Position numbers and translations under genes: made by a program
DNA from: Girardia tigrina
Taxonomy: Eukaryota
Assembly: GCA_001938485.1 (NCBI GenBank)
Contig: MQRK01212946.1
Span: forward strand, 14,853 to 78,852
Reading direction: 5' to 3'
Length of the DNA: 64,000 nucleotides
In this document: one piece after another, positions 26,225-38,879 of the stretch
Numbering within the stretch: position 1 is the stretch's first letter
Layout of the letters: every line of letters starts with the position of its first letter
Notes under the pieces: model-generated
The model's input: only the letters and a program-made list of their open reading frames with translations
What the model was told of the DNA's origin: nothing
Databases searched by the model: none

Positions 26225-27180
26225 TTTACAATGTGTAGGTCGAGATGAATGAATATCCAGGAGTGGTAATGCAAATCTATGAACGCAAACTTATTGGAGG
26301 GAACCAGATAAGCGGACGACGGAAGCAACATCTGGATGAATATCTCAAGGTGGATATGCACTGGCTCTTCGGAGACCAGTATAGCATTAATGATTTTTAT
26401 AGAGACATTCAGCAGAACAGCCTACTAACAACAGAGGTAAGAATAGAGAAAGTCATCAAGCTAAAAAAAGTGGAGAGAAGAGTAAACGAGAACACGATGC
26501 GATTAATTCTCCCATGACTCAAAGAACACAGTTGCCCAATGGAAGACTGCTATCGTCAATTCGTGGAGATCAAAGAATTGAACAGACATCTCCGGCGGGA
26601 TCATATCGGAGCTGAGCCAATACCGAGAAAACAGAGACAGAAGACAGCCCAGCCACGACAGAAGAAAGGAGTATACAAGTGTCTTCACTGCCCAAATGAA
26701 TACATGTGCGCAGAATGGCTGAAGATCCTCTTACAGAAGAATCACTAAGAAGAACCAGAGCAATCCAACACCCAGAGAGACGACAACTTGCTAAGAGAAA
26801 AAGATGAAGAGCCGAAAACAATCCAACCAAACCCTTAGTTTCTGCACGATACTATTGGTATGCCGGGGACCCAGAACTAACAAGACGCTGAGAAACACAC
26901 AGAGACCACCGATTACCCGATATGAAGGCAAAAGGAAATTTTCAGTGTCCATTTCTCGGTTGTTACGTGTCCACCGTAACAGCTAAAGACATGTATGGCC
27001 ATGGTACCAAGTTCCATGGTAGGTCATTCGTCACTGGAAAGCCGACTGCTCAGAGGCGGCAAGCCACTGACCTTATAGGAGGCCTATCGGGGGGCCCTTA
27101 AAGACTTTAGTTTGGGTGGACCCTCTAAAGAGCCTTTGGCTCAATACCATTGAAAGAGATGGGAGGCCCATGATTATTTC
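26225..27180 (+). mobile_element. LINE 3' portion with C-terminal C2H2 fingers
   Basis: CPMEDCYRQFVEIKELNRHLRRDH, YKCLHCPNEY, FQCPFLGC...H...H; conserved 3' UTR; TAT-type tail. Confidence 0.78.
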
Positions 27181-27363
27181 TATAACTCCTATCAGATACT
27201 CTAATTTTAGTTATTCCAAACCGACACTTTTTTTAGAATATCCATGTAAGAATCTTACAAATTGATAGAGATAATTTAATTATTTTAGTAGTACATCTGA
27301 ATTGCTTTTTCAGTATCTTATTATATTCTGTATATCTTCTGTGTCTATATTTAGATTATATAT

Positions 27364-28227
27364 ACGGTAACCATGGTACTTGTGATAGATGATGAAGTAC
27401 ATTGAGCGATTCATGTAGTATTGTATGATGGTAAACAACACATATATATCATATGGGTTTCATATATATACGAAAAAATCAATTTTGAGCACTTTTTTGA
27501 TAATTTCAGAAATGTTCGTAAAAATCAATATTTCAGCACTTTTTCGAAAATGTTAATGCGGAATCAGAATGTACGTATATGGGTTACTATTCAAGTGTAT
27601 CAGCACTTTTTTGATATTCTGCTTTCTTGTTCATCTAAAATCGATGTGCACTTTGTGCAAATTTGCACATTATGCCAATTATAGGGAAAAATAATCAATA
27701 TATGAAATTTCTAATTGCACATTCAAATAGAGAATCAAAATGTGCATCAAACACATGATATCGATTTTTGACACTAGTACTTTTGAAAAATTTTATGTAT
27801 TGCATTTTTGCACATGTGCAACTTAAAAAGCACTGTGCTAGCACATTAGAAATGTGCGGCAAAATGTACACTATCGATTAGCACATCTGGGCACTGTGCA
27901 GTGATCGATTAACACTTTTTTCTACGGTCCTTAGTGATAGGGTCACGGTTGCCATGGATATGGTAACCGTTACCATTGTTACAACTGCCTTGAACCACTG
28001 TATCCGTTGCTAATAAAAAACATCCTTTAGTTACCGTTGCTATGGTAACGAAAATCATGGTTACCGTCACCAAGTGAACCGGAACCGTTGCTATGGTAAC
28101 CGATAACGTTGCTATGGGGATCGCGACCGATGCTATGGTAACCGCGACCGTTGCCATGGTAACAGTTGTCATGGCAATGGCGTCCCCCCCCGGGGGGGGT
28201 GAGGGAGAACATACATTTTTCCCCTAC
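27364..28227. mobile_element. Truncated second copy of the X-box-array transposon family
   Basis: Aligns with 5399-6220; right TIR ...TTTTTCCCCTAC; 21-bp-phased GTTGCTATGGTAAC units. Confidence 0.88.
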
Positions 28228-28981
28228 TAACCAAATACTAAAAATAATTACAGCAACCGACTTTTCAGTGAAAAAGAAATCTATAAAAACCAATTACCCA
28301 TTTTTTTAATTGTGATTAAATATGAATAAATATTTAATCAAAATAAATTGAAATAAAGTCAAAATGAAAATTATTTGTAATGAAATTAGTTAACTTTTAA
28401 ATAGAAGCATCAACGAAATGCATTTAAAATAATTTGAAATGAATTTGTAACACCAGAAATAAATTTATATTATAGATCAAGTTGGTTGTAAAAAATTATT
28501 TAATAAACGTTTTAAATTGTTGAGATAAACAATGAATCTTTTCATTTCCTGTTCAAATATCGAATGAAGAGGGCGATAGGGATGCATAAAATTGGCCTCG
28601 ATTGTTTTGCTATCGTCTGTCACTTTAATAATTGCTAAATCCTTTCAATTTCGATTACGTTTTCCCTTTGTAATTGAAAATACTTGTTAATATTTATCTA
28701 ACAATTAGATTTTCCCAACAATTTCATACATTTAATAACCACATTTCCCTCATTTCTAATAAATCTTTGGTAGATTTTTGTATCTATATGTATATATGAA
28801 AGTGGTTAATTAACATAAAATGTATAAAAATATTTGTAATTTATAAATACAATTAGGATCATTAGATCTTAATTGTATCTATTAACGATTACAAAAATTA
28901 GTGGAAGCCAAAATTTTATTAATTAAGGTGGTCGGATTTATAAAAAAATAAAAGTAAAGGTACGGAGTAAATGGTTTAATT

Positions 28982-30290
28982 TTAAGTAAAAGTAGTTCTT
29001 ATGTGGCCTTCAAACCAGGAAGAACAACATTGTGAACTGCTTGGAAAGCTTGAGTGCGCAGTTTCTGTGCAAGGATTTGGATGTTGGAATCCAGGAAAGG
29101 ATGAGTCGAAGAATACTTGTCCAAGTGGAGTTGACGGAACTTTGAAGTGGCTTACTTCCTTAACAGTTAGTGGATGTTGTTCAAGTGTTTCCATAGTAAG
29201 GAGTGGCTCAAAGGGGAGACTTGTTATGTCTACTCTGGATAAGCAATCGGCCACTACATTGTCAGCTCCTTTGATACGTTTCATCTCTATGTTGAACTGG
29301 GAGAGGGGGCTGATCTGTCGCTGTTGTCTTGACGATGATATCTTCAAAGTAATAAAATACAATAGAGTCTTGTGGTCTGTATACACTGTGAGGAATATTT
29401 TAAATTTGGAATGTTGAAATTGGTTTGTTGAATTTTGTGTGTTGAGTTTAGTATTTGGAAATGTGTTTCTCCCACCCAGATGGAAAATTGATATTTTGAA
29501 TGTTCACGATAAATAATTATTCGAGTGTAATTTTCATTTTAAAGACAGCATAAGATATTTAAAAACATTAAAAATATTAAATCATTTCAAATTTTCATAT
29601 TAAAATTTAAATAAAATAAATAGTTTTAACGAAGTTTTGAATTAAATAAATGTTCTTTCTTTAAATAAAATAATTTTTAAATAAAATTAATATGTAAATA
29701 AAATTAATACTAAAATTACCAAATTTGAACTGTAAAAATAAAATCTGAAAATAATGAAAAATTTGTTCGAATTAACAAACATTAACAAAAAATTATCAAT
29801 TTAGAACGATGTCGAATAACGAGAGTTTTGCTGAGAGTTGTCCAAAAGACAATTCTGATTGTATTGAAAATAAAAGTTTGAAAACCCATGTTGGTGTTCT
29901 TAATATACACTATGGCAGTTCTGACGATCAAGATGTGTTCGAAGTGTCACACAGAACAATACAGTCCAAGGAACTCGATATCAAATTGGAATATCGTATT
30001 TGTGAGAGGTTCTGAGAGAAGAACGCAAGAGACTCTGGATTATATCCTGTATTTACATGAGAACAGCACCTAGTGTTGTATTGGAAGCGTCTGTCGTGAG
30101 TGTCAGTGTCAATGATTTGTCGAGAAAATGGATGAATGACATTGAAAGCATGTCCTGGTTGACCATTTTGTATGCTATCAGCTTTATTGTTCCATGGTAT
30201 CTTCGATTTCTTTGGTTTGGATGAGAATGCAATGAGATTAGAGAGAGTGGCAGACAAGTTTGTACATAGAATATCAAACTGGTACTGATT
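28982..30290 (-). mobile_element. Gypsy pol fragment (RNase H region) split by a solo LTR
   Basis: LTTDASNTTLGAVL...LAFFSQ...VRHFEHILIVRTAIV|YTDHK...KGADNVVADCLSR; frame is restored when 29387-29910 is removed. Confidence 0.88.
29387..29905 (+). mobile_element. Solo LTR (TG...TA)
   Basis: TSD TACAC at 29382-29386 and 29906-29910. Confidence 0.85.
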
Positions 30291-31179
30291 CATATCTATT
30301 TTAATTTTTCAAGAAAACCCGCTTTAGACTAGTCGATGAACATTCGCAATTCTTCAACATTAGGTTTAATGCCTAGGCCACAAAATCTATCGGTACAGAA
30401 GTAAATGCTGCTACTCATTTAGAAATTTTCAACGATAATTTTATACCATTAGTACAAGCAAATGAAAGTCTTTTAAACAAGAACCAAGAATTGGGCTTTT
30501 AAGATTTATTACAAAGTCACAAAGTTCGCCAGGAGAATTTCTTTCACAAATTTCTAGAAATATTGAGTAGTTTATAGTTTATTTAATATATATTACTAAC
30601 AAACGCAAAATAAAAACTAGCAGAATTATCTAGTAAGAATTATCCGCCAGATCAGTTTGGTAAAATTAAAAAAATTCTTCTGAGAAAGCTTTACTTTTTT
30701 GAGGTGATTTTTAATTATGGATACAATTTATTTAGATGACATAAAATATTAGTTTTCCAAAGACTCTTCATGTGACTTGCCATTTTCGCCACACTTTTAA
30801 GAGAAAGTGTATTTTTTAAAAATTTTTAAATGTTATACATTTTTAGTTATTAAATAAGAATATTTTTTTAACTCAGAAACTTTCTGGATTATATTTTTTT
30901 TAGAGTTTAGACAAAAATATGTGTCCATGAAGCTGTAGTAGCGTTCAAAGAAAGATTCAGTTGTTTATCTAATAGTTCAATCAAATCCATTACATAAGGA
31001 ATATAAATATGTTTTGTTAGATTCGGATACTTGATAATTGTAGTAAATATTACCCTATTTTAGATCTATTTCGCTAGTCTTAAATTTATGCTGAACTTCC
31101 TGTCAGTGCAAGGATCCCTTTATATTTATATAATAAATTTCTCGAATCAAAATATAATTTTATTTTATCACATTCTATA

Positions 31180-31578
31180 TATTAACAACTTCATTTTGAG
31201 TTTTACAACATTTATTAATATCCCAAGAGTATTCACTATTAGACATTTTTCTTGATCAATATATTTCTGAATTCATACTAATTATTTTCAATAAATGAAA
31301 ATCTGTTAATAAAAATTATTAATTATAAAGAATCTAATTGGTTAAAATTAACTCTAAACATTTTAAAAAGTACATATTAAATTATAATATTAAAATTTTA
31401 AATTACATTAAAAAATAAATGATATATTCAAAAAATATTTTAAATCTTTTTACTTTAAAATTAAATTATTTTTAATTAGTAGGAATCAAAGAAAATACCA
31501 ATCATCCATCTGTGTAGGAGAGGCACAATCCGAAACAACATGCACAATATCAACACACAATTCAAAACATTCCTCACA
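31180..31578 (-). mobile_element. Solo LTR (TG...TA)
   Basis: TSD CTATA at 31175-31179 and 31579-31583; close match to the 37724 copy. Confidence 0.88.
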
Positions 31579-32809
31579 CTATAAAAACTTCCAAAGATCG
31601 AAGAATTTCTTAAATTGAAATGTTATTTACCGTGTAAAATAAGAAGTGATATAAAAATTTCATTCAAAACAAATAAGAAAGCCGATTTTTAAAATTGGGG
31701 CTGGAGCCGCGTTTCTCCTCCAATCAATATTTGTGGTCCTTACGAGGTCCATTTCTCGTTCTCTTTCATTTTCATTTCCGTTTCCTTACACTTTTCTAGT
31801 AATAGCTCGAATTCGCTTATTATTTATTATCGATCCGAATATGAAATTATTGATGCGAACATATATTCCTTACAAAATCCTTCATCTAAATTCTTGAAAT
31901 CATTGTCACTCCTTTGCTGAAAATCAGCGCGTGGAGACTTTATCTCGACATTATTTTTTGACGCTGTCAAATTACAGAAATGACAAGAATTTATTTTGAT
32001 CAATAATTTTTATTTAAAAAATTGCGTGGTGATTCCGCTTTTTAACATTTCATTTAAACAATTGTTTTTTAAAAATTTAAAAAACAACAACTTGTTAAAT
32101 AATTAACGCACACTTCTTTAACAATTAATAATTTAAATAATAGTTTCTTTACTTAACAGTTAATAGTTATTTCTTTGATAAAAAATACAGATTTTATCAA
32201 AGTTCATCTCAAAAACGGATTTTTAATTTACATATTAAATATTAATTTTGCTTATTTATTATTAAATTACTCATTTTAAAATTTTAATAAAAACATAAAA
32301 ATTAATTAATTTAATTAATGGCAGATATGCCTCAGATTCGGTCAATCATCCAAAAAAAATTTCCAGGACTATTATCCCATTTCGTTCAAGAAAACAAAAG
32401 TTGCTAGCTTTATTGTGGCGACACAATCCAATTATCACTAGTATTAGTTCACATGGATCACTGAAAACTACATATGGTAGCTAGCATGAGGAACCCATGA
32501 AACCTAAAGTGATATTGTTGTATCAAAACTTTAGGTGGGAGATGGACTGAAAAGATCAATTTGGATTTTTGTATTGATGTTATGTAAAACATTATAATAG
32601 TTGGGACATTTATTTTCTTGGGAGTTGAATGATTCTCTGGAACGTACAAAAGAAGCTTAAAATATTGTGAATTCCTGAAAAATCACTACTCACGACAGTT
32701 TCCACTCTCGATACATTGTTTATGCGATCTTTTTTCTGTGAACAAATCAAATTCATATGTAAATTTAAAGGAATAACATTCGATCACGATTTCTGTATCT
32801 TCAATATAT

Positions 32810-32859
<50 letters not shown>

Positions 32860-32863
32860 AATA

Positions 32864-34143
32864 TTGGGTTGTTCGGAAAGTCATTTAGTTTTTTTGTATT
32901 AAAGTAAAAGACAAATTTTTATTACGGATAAATACTTTATTGAAATACATATTGACCATTGTGGTCCAATACCTTCTTCCATCTTCCTGGCAGTGACATG
33001 ATTTCATGTTCATAAAATATTTGTTCTTTACTGCTAAAAAACTTTTCCAGGTGATTTTTAACATCTTCATTTGATCCAAAAGTGTTACCATCTAAATAAT
33101 TTTGTAGAGACTGGAACAAATGATAATCAGAAGGTGCGAGGTCTGGAGTATATGGTAGATGAGGCATGATGTTCCAACCAAGCTGTAAAAGCTTTTGGCG
33201 AGTTACCAAACTTGTATGAGGTCTGGCATTATCTTGGTGAAACACTAAACCTTTTCTATTGATCAATTCTGGCCTTTTATGTTTAAGGGATTCATTTAAT
33301 TTGTCCAGCTGATGACAGTAGACGTCCGAATTGATCCTAGTTTTGTCTGGAAGAAGCTCATAAAATACGATTCCTTTGAAATCCCACCAAACAGATAACA
33401 TTACTTTTTTTGATGAATGTCAGTTTTCGAAGTGCTTTGAGCAGGTTGATCTTTTTTACTCCAAGATCTCTTGCGTTTTACATTATTGTAGACTACCCAT
33501 TTCTCATCTCCAGTAACGATGCGCTTCAAAAATGGATCATTTTCTTGACGTTTGAGAAGCATATCGCAGATGTCTAAACGACAGCATAAATTTCGTTCGG
33601 TAAGATTATGAGGAATCCATGTGTCCAGTTTTAATGTAAAACCTAGGCACTTCAAATGATCATGGACGGTCGAATTAGATAAATGTAATGTATGGGCAAT
33701 TTCGCGAGTTGTTATTCGCCGGTTTGAATCAATTAATGCCTTTATTATGTCTTCGTTGACTTCAATGGGCCTTCCGGAACGTGAAGAATCTTCAACATCA
33801 AAATTTCCGGATCAAAATTTTTTAAACCAGTTTTGGCATTGGCGTTCTGTCAACACATCTTCTCCATACATTTCGCATAATTTTCTTCCTGCTTATACAG
33901 CATTTTTACCTTTTCGGAAGTAAAAAAGTAATACATCCCGTAAATGCTGATTCTTTCTTTCCATCTTTGATAGGTCAAAATCAAATATAAATGTTTTTAA
34001 TTATTCCAAAATTTTCCAAATCTAACCTTGATTGCCAACTGGTAAAATAAATAATATAGTCAATGATTATTAATGATTATTAATATAAAAAATACATTTA
34101 AAACAAGTATTAAAAAAACGAAATGACTTTCCGAACAACCCAA
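32864..34143 (-). mobile_element. Full-length defective mariner (mellifera-like)
   Basis: TA-flanked TIR TTGGGTTGTTCGGAAAGTCATTT; WIPHNL, TGDEKW, HQDNARPH, YTPDLAPSDY; frameshifts and stops. Confidence 0.95.
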
Positions 34144-34329
34144 TAGTTAGGTTTTACAACCATAATTTTATTGGATTATTTTAAAATAGTCACCAAAATT
34201 CAAATCCAATTAAAATTTTTATTTTTAATCACAAATCAAATTTTAAAATTAAAATTATTTTGAATTCTTACAAATTTATTCCGAAAAACTCTAATTATCT
34301 CTTAAAATTTTCGAAATACAATCAAATTA

Positions 34330-35487
34330 TTAGGGTGAGTCATAAGTTGTGGGGCACTCTTTCCAAAGTAATTATCTTTAATTACAACATGAATTGTCGA
34401 ATCGATATTAATTGAATTTGTATATAAAGCTCATAAACTGAAGTTTCAGTATTTGTAAGAAAATCATGATTTTATGTTCATTCTAATTTTTTAAACATTT
34501 TAGAAAATTATGGAAAAATTTGAAATTAGAGTAATTTTAAAGGGAGGGCTTTGTCTCCAAATCTTCGGCAGCAAGATGGTTTAAAAAATTTAACGAAGGT
34601 GACATAAGCCTCGAGGATCAAGAACGACCGGGACGACCGCCAACACTGGATTCTAAANNNNNNNNNNNNNNNNNNNNNNNNNNNNNNNNNNNNNNNNNNN
34701 NNNNNNNNNNNNNNNNNNNNNNNNNNNNNNNNNNNNNNNNNNNNNNNNNNNNNNNNNNNNNNNNNNNNNNNNNNNNNNNNNNNNNNNNNNNNNNNNNNNN
34801 NNNNNNNNNNNNNNNNNNNNNNNNNNNNNNNNNNNNNNNNNNNNNNNNNNNNNNNNNNNNNNNNNNNNNNNNNNNNNNNNNNNNNNNNNNNNNNNNNNNN
34901 NNNNNNNNNNNNNNNNNNNNNNNNNNNNNNNNNNNNNNNNNNNNNNNNNNNNNNNNNNNNNNNNNNNNNNNNNNNNNNNNNNNNNNNNNNNNNNNNNNNN
35001 NNNNNNNNNNNNNNNNNNNNNNNNNNNNNNNTGATCAACTAGATGGAATGTATACCGCTTTAGGTAAAAAATATCCGGCATTGATAAACCGAAAGCAGGT
35101 GATACTGCAACAAGACAACGCATCTCCCCACACCGCTGCTTTGACACGTCATAAAATAGAAGAACTCGAAGCTATCGAACGTCTTCCACATCCTGCCTAC
35201 AGTCCTGATTTAGCGCCTTCGGATTTTCATCTTTTCCAAGCTATGTCGCATTTTTTGAAGGGAAGGAGCTTTTCCGATATCGACGACGTCGATAATTGGC
35301 GTCGAGAATTTTTTGCTTCTAAAGACAAAACATGGTATCGACGCGGAATAGAACAACTTGCAGAACGTTGGGTACAATGTATTGAACATAATGGACTTTA
35401 TTTCGAATCATAATCTTTATTGTGCGTTGTTTTATGAACATTTTAATTTTTAATAAAAAGTGCCCCACAACTTATGACTCACCCTAA
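34330..35487 (+). mobile_element. Mariner element
   Basis: TIR TTAGGGTGAGTCATAAGTTGTGGGGCACT; QDNASPH and HPAYSPDLAPSDF; N gap inside. Confidence 0.93.
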
Positions 35488-35629
35488 GAAGAAGATTGAT
35501 AATATATCACGTATCAAATTCACTCGTAGTTATGTTACAAACGTTACAATTTTTTTCAAAAAAATAAAATCCAAACAAGGCTTTGAACATGTCATAATTA
35601 AAATTTTTTCAATGTAAATTTTTTTTGGT

Positions 35630-37050
35630 TGGTCAGTCTATCATTTTTCTAGTGATGGTCTTCAATCAGAATACAATTTGTATGTTATTTGGAAAGCTTA
35701 AATAGTGTGAAACTTCATTTGATAGCTACAGCGATTATTTTACGTGTATGACTCATTGAGACCAAAACTTATAATTATTTCAATTTTTAAGGAGCAATGG
35801 TTTGTTAAAAAGTATTTTATATTGTGAAATATGTAGAAATTTACAACAAATGTTATAAATCTCTTAATGTAAACAAATTAAAATACATTTCGATTCGGAA
35901 AAATTCGTTTTTCGAAGTGTGAGGAATATTTTTGAATGGTGTTTATTGTGTGTTGTTTGGTATGTTGTTTTAGGATTGTGTTTCTACCACCAAGATGGAA
36001 GATTGATATCTTAAATATTTTAAAACGTCGAGTTTAATCAATTATTAAAAGTTAAATAATCACTTTAAAATTAAACTAATATTTCATAAATAATATTTTA
36101 ATAATAATTTCTTAAAATAAATAAAAATTATTTTAAATTTCAATTATAAATAATTTTTGTAATAATTAAATTATAATTTAAAGTATAAATTATTTTTGTA
36201 ATGATTAAATTGCATTTTAAATTTGTTTGAATAATAAGACGTTAAAGAATATTATTAAAGATTATCAATCAAGAACGATGACGGAGTTTTTACGGAGAAT
36301 TGTTGTAGTGACAATTCAAATTGTGATAATAATAAATGTAAAGGAAACTAAATTAATGTTTTTAATACGAAGAGTTTACAGTGGAATCAATAGTTGTTTT
36401 TTGGGTTTGTTTGGATTGGTTTTTAGATCAATCAACGTCTTATTCTTATAAATTCCACAAAATTTCACGATGTTGTGTTATAAAAATTTATAAAAATTAA
36501 GAATTAAATATGAAAAATACTTTATTGAAAATTCAATTACACTCGGTGAAAATGACATTATTTGCCAAATTGATGAGTCAATGTTTAGATACAAAAGAGT
36601 CACGTTGGGCGAGTCAACAGTGATTATAAGTGGATTTTTGGAATTGTTGACATCACGACTTCACCCTCAAATTATTATGTTGAACTTGTTGAAAATCGTA
36701 GAAGAGAAACGTTGATGCCAATAATTATTGGCAATAATTATGCCAATTATAATTGAAAGAGTTTGTAGAGATGGAAGTATTATACACAGTTATGAATTAA
36801 TAGAATGATTAATATGATTAAATTAACACATCAAAATGTAAAACACAGTCTGTTTTTTGTTGATCCACTTACAGTTGTGAAAACACAGTGTGGAATCCTT
36901 ATGGAATAAGTTGAAAATCAGATCGAAAAAATGATGGGTATTAAACATGATGCCTTGCCTAAATTTTTACAAGAATGGATGTTTAAAAATAATATTGCTA
37001 AAAATGTTGTTTGATTGTTTATTTTAATAAATTATTAAAAATTGTATTTT
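35630..37050 (+). mobile_element. Decayed Merlin (IS1016/ISXO2-like) transposase, interrupted by a solo LTR
   Basis: SIRKNSFFE|EF..., ICQIDESMFR, WIFGIVD, VENRRRETLMPII, GSIIHS, HQNVKHSLFFVDP; ends approximate. Confidence 0.85.
35918..36367 (+). mobile_element. Solo LTR (TG...TA)
   Basis: TSD CGAAG at 35913-35917 and 36368-36372. Confidence 0.88.
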
Positions 37051-37499
37051 TTATTTTCATTCTTGTTAAATACTGAAATTATGATATGAAAATGTTGAAT
37101 GGTTTTTAATAAATTAAAAAAGTGTAGTAGGAGAAAAAGAATGTTTATTATAGTACCGGATTCCTCCGAAAATAATCCCAGTTAAAATACGCTCATGGGA
37201 TTACTATCGGAAAGTTTCTCGAAATTACTTTTTTTTGAAAAAAAGTACATTAGATTTTATAAAATTGTGTCATTTTTACTTTGTACAATTGCCTATTTCT
37301 CGAAAATATATAAGATTTTTCGAAAGATGTTCCAGGGATTATTTACGGAAATAACCAGTAGTAGACAAAGACTGTTTGGACAATAGGGGAAAAAGACTAG
37401 GTCTTAAAGTTTGTACAAGTATTCTTTTTGATACAAAACTTTAGTTAAAAATATCGTAAATTCGTTCATATTCAAATTCATAATAATTGCAGGTTCGTT

Positions 37500-37718
37500 C
37501 AAACAAAATCGATTTTTAAATCTCGATTAAATCAATCAGACATATTTGATTTCACAATATCGTCATTTAAAGTCGTATTTTTAAAAATAAATTGTCGTTC
37601 AAAATAAATTTGCTCAAAAAATAAATTGTCGTTAAAATTAGATGAATACCGTCTTTTAAATTCGTTTTTCAAAAATAAATCATCGCTAAAACAAATTGTC
37701 GTTCCAAAAAATGTCAAT
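37500..37718 (+). repeat. Degenerate short tandem array (AAAATAAATTGTCGTT-like)
   Basis: Repeated units; appears to continue after the solo LTR at about 38140-38280. Confidence 0.5.
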
Positions 37719-37723
37719 GTCCA

Positions 37724-38136
37724 TGTGAGGAAATTTTTGAATTGTGTGTTGATATTGTGCATGTAGAATGTTGATTCGGATTGTGCCTCTCCTACACAGA
37801 TGGATGATTGATATTTTCTTTGATTTTTACTAATTAAAAATAATTTAATTTTAAAGTAAAAAGATTTAAAATAATTTTTGAATGTATTATTTATTTTTTA
37901 ATGTAATTTAAAATTTTAATATATTAATTTAACATGTTCTTTTTTTTAAAAAAAATGTTTATATTTAATTTCAACCAATTAGATTCTTTATAATTATTAA
38001 TTTTTATTAACAGATTTTCATTTATTGAATATAATTAGTTTGAACTCAGAAAAATATTGATCGAGAGAGATGTCAAATAGTGAATGTGCTTGTAATATTA
38101 ATAAATGTTTTAAACTTCATATTGATGTTGTTAATA
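37724..38136 (+). mobile_element. Solo LTR (TG...TA)
   Basis: TSD GTCCA/GTTCA. Confidence 0.85.
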
Positions 38137-38879
38137 GTTCACGAAATCGAAAAATTAACAAATTTATAATTGTAAAATTAAGCAATTGTTAATAATAAAA
38201 TTCGATCTTAAAAAAATATCATTCGGCAAAATTGATGATCGCAAATCGAAATTCGAGTAATTGTGATTTAATTCGTAACATTTTTGTTATCTCACAAGAA
38301 TTGCTCGGATTGGTCTACAAATCAGAGAGACTAATTTAAATCAACTAAATCTAATTTAAATCAACGAAATATCATATATAATTACTATAAATTAAAAGCT
38401 TTAACTTAAAGTTTTAAAATTTAACAATGGCGTAGTTTTAACCAGAACAAATAGAACTATTAAAATAATCGTTTTTATCTTCAATACGTAATTCATTGCT
38501 TTTATCAAACTTACATATACTAAAATGATTTTTTTGCAATATTAAAAAATCTTTGTTACTGCGCTTAACATCATTATTAAAACAATTAATATGATTTTTA
38601 TAAAGTAAATTTTAAAAATTTAAAAATTCCATGCTTTTATTTAAAATAAAGAAATAAAATTATATTTCAGTTCATTTTCATTTAGTTTTTTTGTTTTCAT
38701 TTTACTTTGGAAAAAATGTTAAAACAGAATACCATTCCAGCAATAAAATAATCCATACTTTAATAAACATAGATTTTAGTTTTATTTATCTTATTTCTAG
38801 TATATATATATTCAATTATTAACAAGATATTTTATTAAAATTTTTCCCATTAACTACAATGAAAATCTTATTTATTATA

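Noticed and set aside
32340-32760. Possible MULE transposase remnant on the minus strand
   Set aside because: Only vague motif resemblance with many stops; not supportable.
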